Positions 26,301 to 32,000 of a DNA stretch of 32,000 nucleotides are shown here, one piece after another. The notes under the pieces were generated by a model. The model saw only the letters and a program-made list of their open reading frames with translations, ran no database searches and had not been told where the DNA came from. Position 1 is the first letter of the stretch, and the number at the start of each line of letters is the position of its first letter. Source of the stretch: a virus; the IMG/VR virus record IMGVR_UViG_3300045988_182235, positions 1-32,000 of that record. The stretch is one strand, 5' to 3'. The position numbers and the translations under genes are program-made.

Positions 26301-27839
26301 ATGTCCACTGTTTATGTACTTAACAAAGACGGTAAACCTTTGATGCCTACGACTCGCGGCGGACATGTGCGCCACCTGCTTAAAGAGCAAAAAGCACGAG
26401 TCGTAAGAGCAAAACCGTTTACCATCCAACTGCTGTATGAAACCAATGATGTAGTGCAGCCCCTATATTTAGGCATTGACCCTGGTAGAACCAATATCGG
26501 CGTTGCCGTTGTTAAAGCAAATGGAACGGCAGTCTTTACGGCACATCTGGAAACTCGCAACAAAGAGGTTCCAAAATTGATGCAAGACCGTAAAAAAGCC
26601 CGCCGTGCAAGACGCACAAACGGCAGACGTTGTCGCCGTCAGCGGAGAGCTAAGGCAAATGGCACCATTTCTAAGAAGTGTGTAAAGCAAGATACTGCCC
26701 AAAGCAAGAATCCTAGCAAACGTGCAAAAGAAATTGGTGTTATCAAACGTCATCTTCCGGGATGCAAGAAAGATGTACTTTGCGTTGGCATCAAAAACAA
26801 AGAAGCAAAGTACACCAATCGCGCAAGGCTGGAAGGATGGCTTACACCCACCGCAAATCAGCTGCTCCAAACACACATCAATTTGGTAAAGAAAATTCAA
26901 AAGTTTCTTCCTATCAGTGATGCTGTGTTGGAAGTCAACAAATTCGCGTTCATGCGGCTTGATAATCCTAACATTCAGAAATGGCAATATCAGCAGGGAC
27001 CTCTCTACCAAAAAGGGAGCCTTGAAAATGCTGTTTCCGAAATGCAGGAGCACCACTGTCTGTTTTGTGAAAAGCCCATTGAGCATTACCACCATGTAGT
27101 GCCGAAATCCGAGAATGGTAGCAACACCATCGCCAATATTGTTGGTCTATGTGCAGAGCATCATAATCTCGTTCACAAAGATGTCGCCTGGCAAGAAAAG
27201 CTTGTTGAAGAGAAAACTGGACTCAACAAAAAGTACGGTGCTTTGAGTGTATTGAATCAAATCATTCCAGCACTGACGAAAGAATTAAGTTTTCTTTTTC
27301 CGAAGCATTCCTTTATGACCAATGGTAAAAGTACCTACGACTATCGTGCAGCGCACGGTATAAGTAAAGACCACTGGCTTGATGCTTATTGTATCGCCTG
27401 CTCTGTTTTGCCTATCGATGTTTGCGATAGCACCATCAACAATTGTGTGCCGTATGAGCTGAAACAGTTCCGTCGTCACGATAGAAGAGCATTAAACAAT
27501 GAAAATATGAACCGCGTGTACACACTCAATGATAAGGTGGTTGCTACAAATCGGCATAAAGCAACGGAACAAGAAGCTGCCAGCCTAGAAGAATTTCGCA
27601 AAGAGCATCCGAATGATGTTTGCAAACTCAAAGTAAAAGAGCACCATCCAACATACAGAAACATGAACCGCAACTATCCGGGCAGCGTATTCCTTGTCGG
27701 CAAGCAAATTCATGTAATGCAAGGAATAGCAAGCTCTAAAGACGGAAAAGCAACAAAATACAATGACACAAGAGCAACCACAATAGCCGCAGGGAAGTGT
27801 AAATTTGTTGCAAAAAATTCTGGCATATTGTTTGTGTAA
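26301..27839 (+). CDS. iscB: IscB RNA-guided endonuclease, all catalytic motifs present
   Basis: PLMPTTRGGHVRHLLKEQKARVV, RuvC-I LGIDPGRTNIG, Arg-rich helix, RuvC-II AVLEVNKFAF, HNH CLFCEKPIEHYHHVVPKSENGSNTIANIVGLCAEHH, RuvC-III GISKDHWLDAYCIA. Confidence 0.93.
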   Translation: MSTVYVLNKDGKPLMPTTRGGHVRHLLKEQKARVVRAKPFTIQLLYETNDVVQPLYLGIDPGRTNIGVAVVKANGTAVFTAHLETRNKEVPKLMQDRKKARRARRTNGRRCRRQRRAKANGTISKKCVKQDTAQSKNPSKRAKEIGVIKRHLPGCKKDVLCVGIKNKEAKYTNRARLEGWLTPTANQLLQTHINLVKKIQKFLPISDAVLEVNKFAFMRLDNPNIQKWQYQQGPLYQKGSLENAVSEMQEHHCLFCEKPIEHYHHVVPKSENGSNTIANIVGLCAEHHNLVHKDVAWQEKLVEEKTGLNKKYGALSVLNQIIPALTKELSFLFPKHSFMTNGKSTYDYRAAHGISKDHWLDAYCIACSVLPIDVCDSTINNCVPYELKQFRRHDRRALNNENMNRVYTLNDKVVATNRHKATEQEAASLEEFRKEHPNDVCKLKVKEHHPTYRNMNRNYPGSVFLVGKQIHVMQGIASSKDGKATKYNDTRATTIAAGKCKFVAKNSGILFV

Positions 27840-27864
27840 TGCAAATTCAGAAAGGCATTTAGTG

Positions 27865-30309
27865 ATGAAACCACAAAAGAGCTTCAATAGCCACAGATAT
27901 GCAGTACAAAGCGCGACAAAATTCAAAGCCAAAATCGTTGATGTTCCGTTCTGCGACCCTGAAAGCGGATTTGCGATTCTGGTTGCTTCCCGTATTGAAG
28001 ACGGCAAGAGCATTGTCCTCAAGGGTATTATCCCGAATCCGGTCGAGAATGCTTACATCACTTATCAAGGACATTGGGAGCAGGATGCACGGCGGGGAAC
28101 ACAGTATGTCAAGGTCGAAAGCGCCGAGATTGACTATGAGGCGGGCGGCACAGACTCTATTTACGAGCTGCTAACCAGCGGAAATGTTCCGGGCGTTGGA
28201 CCCGTAACGGCAAAGAAAATCATCAAAGCGTTTGGTGCCGATTCCCTCAAAATAATCGAGAAAAGTCCGGAAAAGCTGACAGAACTTGCCGGAATCAAAG
28301 AAAAGGCAGCAAAGAAAATCCACGATGCCTATATTCATATCGCAAAAGACCAGGAATTGATTTCTTTTCTACTTCCCTTCATCTCAATGCAGAAAATCAA
28401 TGCCGTTCTGAAAGAGTACGGGGACAGCAAGCAGGCATTAGCCGCCATCAAGGAGAATCCGTATTGCCTATATCAAGATGTCAGTGGCATCGGGTTTGCT
28501 GCATCTGACCGCATTGCGTTGGTCGGGCTGGGAATGGACAGGAAAGACCAGCGCAGGGTGGAAGCTATCGTGCTGCATTCGCTTGAGGTGCAGGCACAGA
28601 TGGAAGGCCATTCTTTCGTTTGGCTGAATCAGTTGATGGCCTGCGTGGCAACGACCGTGGAAAAGGAACTGCACGAATCACGAATTCCTGAACAGTCAAT
28701 ACGAGATGCTGTGAATGGCGCGAGACGAAAAGGACTGCTGGTGGCAGAAAAGTCTAGCGGGAACGCAAGCGGAAAACCTCTCTTCTGCGTTTATCTGCGC
28801 CGATACTGGGCACTTGAATGCGACATCACGTTCCTTTGCCATACATTGCACCACTGCATGAATGCAGCGTGCGGCATAGTCTCGAAAGCCGATGTGGATA
28901 GAGCTATCCAGAACGTGCAGATGAAAGATGGCTTTCTGCTGGACGACACTCAAAAGCAAGCAGCATACACGGTGTATGACAGTGACAGCCAGAACGTGAC
29001 GGTAATCACTGGCGGCCCCGGCAGCGGTAAGACGACTATCATCAAAACCATCATTGAAGCGTTTATGGTTGCTAAAGGCAGCTACTATAAAGAAGAAGAC
29101 ATTCTGCTCTGTGCTCCTACTGGTCGAGCATCGGCAAGAATGCGGGAAGCAACAGGACACGCAGCATCCACGATTCAGTCAGCGTATTTTGGCTGCTTTG
29201 ATAATGAAGCGAGTGTGATTGTGGTTGACGAATTCTCGATGTGTAACCTTGAAACGGCGCATATGGTATTCTCACTTGCTTCCCATGGCTGCAAACTGGT
29301 CATCGTGGGAGACCCTGACCAGCTTCCTGCAATCGGAGCGGGTAACGTCCTTCGGGACTTGATTGACAGTGGAGAAGTGAATGTATGTAAGCTCTCCTCC
29401 TGCCATAGAAATATGGGCGCGATTGTAGAGAATGCAATACACATCAATGCTGGTGAGCAGACGAGTACTTTCAGACAAGACGAATCGTTCTTGCTGATTC
29501 CGGCCACCAAAGGTATGGAAATCAGAACAACAGCGCTGTTCAACTACTTTCATTTCGTTCGAAAATATGGCGAAGTGAATAACCTGGACAATAGACATGC
29601 GGAGGATGGAATTCGTAAAGGTGTTCAGAATATATGCCTGCTTACACCGGTCCGTAAAAAGGGAAGTGGGTATATTTCTGCAACAGACCTGAATCTTTTG
29701 ATTCGGGATAAGCTTAATCCGGCAACATATGAAAACAGCGGATTCATTGAATCCTTGAAAGGCGTACCGGAACAGGGATTCGATTACCGAATCGGTGACC
29801 GCGTGATGCTGTGCAAGAACCATAGAGGCAGCTTTGTAAACGGTGATATGGGTTTCATCACGAGCTTTGAACCGAAAGCCCTGGACCAGGATGGCGCGAT
29901 GATTTGCAACGCCTATACAGTAAGGTTCGATAACCCTTGCGATGTGGATGGCGAATGCTTTGAGATGATTGTCAGCAGAAAGACGATGCAATCTGAATTT
30001 GCGTTGGCATATGCGATGACGGTTCACAAGTCACAGGGTTCTGAGTTCAAAGCAGTCGTGGTGGCGTTTGATACCGGCTGGAAACAGCTGCAGCAGCGAA
30101 ATCTTCTGTATACCGCAGTGACTCGTTCGAAGAATGAGTGCAGAATTGTAGGCAATATGGACGCGGTCGATGTGGCAATCGATACGAACGACATTGAAAA
30201 CCGCAACTCATTGCTCAAAAATAGGTTACAGCACTATAACAACGAAAAATACCTTGACATTCACATGACGAATTTTGGAACTTCCGGAACAGATTGTTTT
30301 GCGGAATGA
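27865..30309 (+). CDS. recD2: RecD2-like SF1 helicase
   Basis: Helix-hairpin-helix region VPGVGPVTAKKIIKAFG, Walker A ITGGPGSGKTTIIKTI, VVDEFSM, VGDPDQLPAIGAGNVLRDL, C-terminal AYAMTVHKSQGSEFKAVVV. Confidence 0.93.
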   Translation: MKPQKSFNSHRYAVQSATKFKAKIVDVPFCDPESGFAILVASRIEDGKSIVLKGIIPNPVENAYITYQGHWEQDARRGTQYVKVESAEIDYEAGGTDSIYELLTSGNVPGVGPVTAKKIIKAFGADSLKIIEKSPEKLTELAGIKEKAAKKIHDAYIHIAKDQELISFLLPFISMQKINAVLKEYGDSKQALAAIKENPYCLYQDVSGIGFAASDRIALVGLGMDRKDQRRVEAIVLHSLEVQAQMEGHSFVWLNQLMACVATTVEKELHESRIPEQSIRDAVNGARRKGLLVAEKSSGNASGKPLFCVYLRRYWALECDITFLCHTLHHCMNAACGIVSKADVDRAIQNVQMKDGFLLDDTQKQAAYTVYDSDSQNVTVITGGPGSGKTTIIKTIIEAFMVAKGSYYKEEDILLCAPTGRASARMREATGHAASTIQSAYFGCFDNEASVIVVDEFSMCNLETAHMVFSLASHGCKLVIVGDPDQLPAIGAGNVLRDLIDSGEVNVCKLSSCHRNMGAIVENAIHINAGEQTSTFRQDESFLLIPATKGMEIRTTALFNYFHFVRKYGEVNNLDNRHAEDGIRKGVQNICLLTPVRKKGSGYISATDLNLLIRDKLNPATYENSGFIESLKGVPEQGFDYRIGDRVMLCKNHRGSFVNGDMGFITSFEPKALDQDGAMICNAYTVRFDNPCDVDGECFEMIVSRKTMQSEFALAYAMTVHKSQGSEFKAVVVAFDTGWKQLQQRNLLYTAVTRSKNECRIVGNMDAVDVAIDTNDIENRNSLLKNRLQHYNNEKYLDIHMTNFGTSGTDCFAE

Positions 30310-30325
30310 CAGAGGAGTAAACGAT

Positions 30326-32000
30326 ATGGCTAACATGCCGTTGACTGACATTGGTATTACGCCGCGAAAAGCAAGTCAATTTGCTAGTAAGGGAATTGAA
30401 ACGGTGACAGACTTGCTCGGGTATTATCCGACCAAATACTTGGATTTCAGGAATCCTATCTCGTTTGCGGAAGGAAAATATCATCAAGGAGAGCATGTTG
30501 CCATCAAGGGTAAGGTCGTGAGTGGCCGAGTGATTGATGGCAAGCATTACATGCTGCGCCTTACGGACGGGAACACTTTTTGTACGGTATTCTGGTTCAA
30601 TCAACCGTTCCGCACACGGCAGTTTTCAGTCGGCGACGTCATTGCGCTTGGCGGAGTCGTTTCCTGGAACGAGCAGTACAACAACATGACAATGGCAACG
30701 CCTGACTTTGTCACGACGGATATCGCGTCAGCTTTCTCTATCCAGCCGGTTTATCGGAAAATTAAAGGAATGTCGGTGGAATACCTGGAAGATGCCATTA
30801 AATTGGCGATGCCTTATACCAGAGAATGCTCGACCGAAACCTTGAGCCTGGCTCAGATGCGGGCGCTGCGTGTTCCGCCGATTGCTGAAGCCATTCACAT
30901 GGCACATCAGCCGACCGATGAAAAGGAAATCAGGCTTTCCCGAAAACGCAGAGCGGTCGATGTGTTGTATCCGTTCTGCTATGAGCTGGAAGCAAAGAAA
31001 GCAGAAGCCGCAAAGGTGTCGTTCTGTCAAATTAAGAGTACGCGGGACGTTCTGAACAAGATGCGGGGAGTCTTACCGTTCAAGCTGACAGAGGACCAAA
31101 AGAACGCTGCTGAACATATGCTCACCGAGATGGAACACGGAGAACGTGTGGATACCCTGGTTCAGGGTGATGTAGGCTGCGGTAAAACGGTCGTTGCTGA
31201 GATTTGTGCATTAGCTATGGCAATGAATGGGTTTCAGTGTGCCGTTATGGCTCCGACCGTGGTTCTTGCCACGCAGCACTATGAGGAGTTCTCGAAAATC
31301 CTCGGCTCGTTCGGGTACAAGACGGTTTTCCTGCGCAGTGGCATGAAAGCAAAAGAAGAGAAATCGGTTCTCGAAGAGATTGAGAGCGGCAAGGCTCAAA
31401 TCATTGTTGGAACGCATTCTGTGATTTCCGGGAAGGTCAAGTATCATAAGCTGGGTTTAACGATTGTAGACGAGGAACATCGGTTCGGTGTTGAGCAGCG
31501 TGAAGCACTCAAGCAGAAAGCAAAAGACGGCGTTCACAATGTCAGCATGAGCGCTACGCCAATCCCGCGCTCGTTGGCGAACACTTTGTATGGGGAAGGC
31601 ACCGAAATCGTCAATATTCATACGATGCCTGCCGGGCGCAAGCCTGTAAAGACCATTATCTGGTCTAATGAAAACAGCTGCTACAAATCCGTGTATAACC
31701 AAATCAAAGAAGGACATCAATGCTATGTCGTATGTCCCTTGATTGAAGATTCGGATTCCGAGTCTCTTGAAGGCGTTGATTCGGTTGAGACGACCTACAA
31801 AAAGCTGACAGAATGGTTTAAGTCTTACCCGGAAGTGACAATCAAGGCAATCTCCGGCGACATGAAAGCCAAAGAAGTTCAGGAAGGAATTGAAGCATTT
31901 GCTCAAAATCAGGCTGATATCCTTATCTCTACTACGATTGTTGAGGTTGGCGTGAATGTCCCGAACGCTACGGTCATTGTTATCAAGAATGCGGAACGCT
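30326..32000 (+). CDS. recG: RecG-like SF2 helicase, truncated by window edge
   Basis: OB-like wedge region, VQGDVGCGKTVVAEICAL, VGTHSVISGKV, IVDEEHRFGVEQREALK, SMSATPIPRSLA, ILISTTIVEVGVNVPNATVIVI. Confidence 0.93.
   Translation, partial: MANMPLTDIGITPRKASQFASKGIETVTDLLGYYPTKYLDFRNPISFAEGKYHQGEHVAIKGKVVSGRVIDGKHYMLRLTDGNTFCTVFWFNQPFRTRQFSVGDVIALGGVVSWNEQYNNMTMATPDFVTTDIASAFSIQPVYRKIKGMSVEYLEDAIKLAMPYTRECSTETLSLAQMRALRVPPIAEAIHMAHQPTDEKEIRLSRKRRAVDVLYPFCYELEAKKAEAAKVSFCQIKSTRDVLNKMRGVLPFKLTEDQKNAAEHMLTEMEHGERVDTLVQGDVGCGKTVVAEICALAMAMNGFQCAVMAPTVVLATQHYEEFSKILGSFGYKTVFLRSGMKAKEEKSVLEEIESGKAQIIVGTHSVISGKVKYHKLGLTIVDEEHRFGVEQREALKQKAKDGVHNVSMSATPIPRSLANTLYGEGTEIVNIHTMPAGRKPVKTIIWSNENSCYKSVYNQIKEGHQCYVVCPLIEDSDSESLEGVDSVETTYKKLTEWFKSYPEVTIKAISGDMKAKEVQEGIEAFAQNQADILISTTIVEVGVNVPNATVIVIKNAER

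Overview
This 32 kb window looks like part of a large mobile genome from a gut-type Firmicute/Clostridia host: either a large phage or a phage-like plasmid. Nearly all genes are on the + strand. (1) 0-3.7 kb holds a tRNA array (13 tRNA or tRNA-like genes plus a 3' tRNA remnant), interrupted by a TnpB-family gene and a small XRE regulator. (2) 4-8 kb holds an IscB-like gene with an upstream HEARO/omegaRNA-like region, an iscB C-terminal remnant and several orphan IS200/IS605-type hairpins. (3) 8-19.5 kb is a series of mostly uncharacterised small ORFs, including an ASCH-domain protein and a tail-type lysozyme. (4) 19.5-32 kb holds NAD-dependent DNA ligase (ligA), a GHKL-type ATPase, a second, catalytically complete IscB with a pseudoknotted omegaRNA-like leader, a RecD2-like helicase and a RecG-like helicase (cut by the window edge). 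The strongest unexplained signals are: (a) a promoter class with TGCGAA at a fixed position in a 16-nt spacer (TTGCNN-N5-TGCGAM-N5-TATAAT) at 8 sites plus 3 variants; (b) conserved leader RNAs starting at a fixed distance from these -10 boxes, two of them 46 nt with a three-way-junction-like fold, followed by intrinsic terminators just before the next gene; (c) a 122-codon reading frame with a strong RBS and two in-frame TAG codons, in a window where TAG is almost never used as a stop; (d) a TnpB right end abutting the 3' half of a tRNA; (e) an IscB-like protein whose RuvC-I Asp appears replaced by Ser. All calls come from reading the sequence; no database searches were run.
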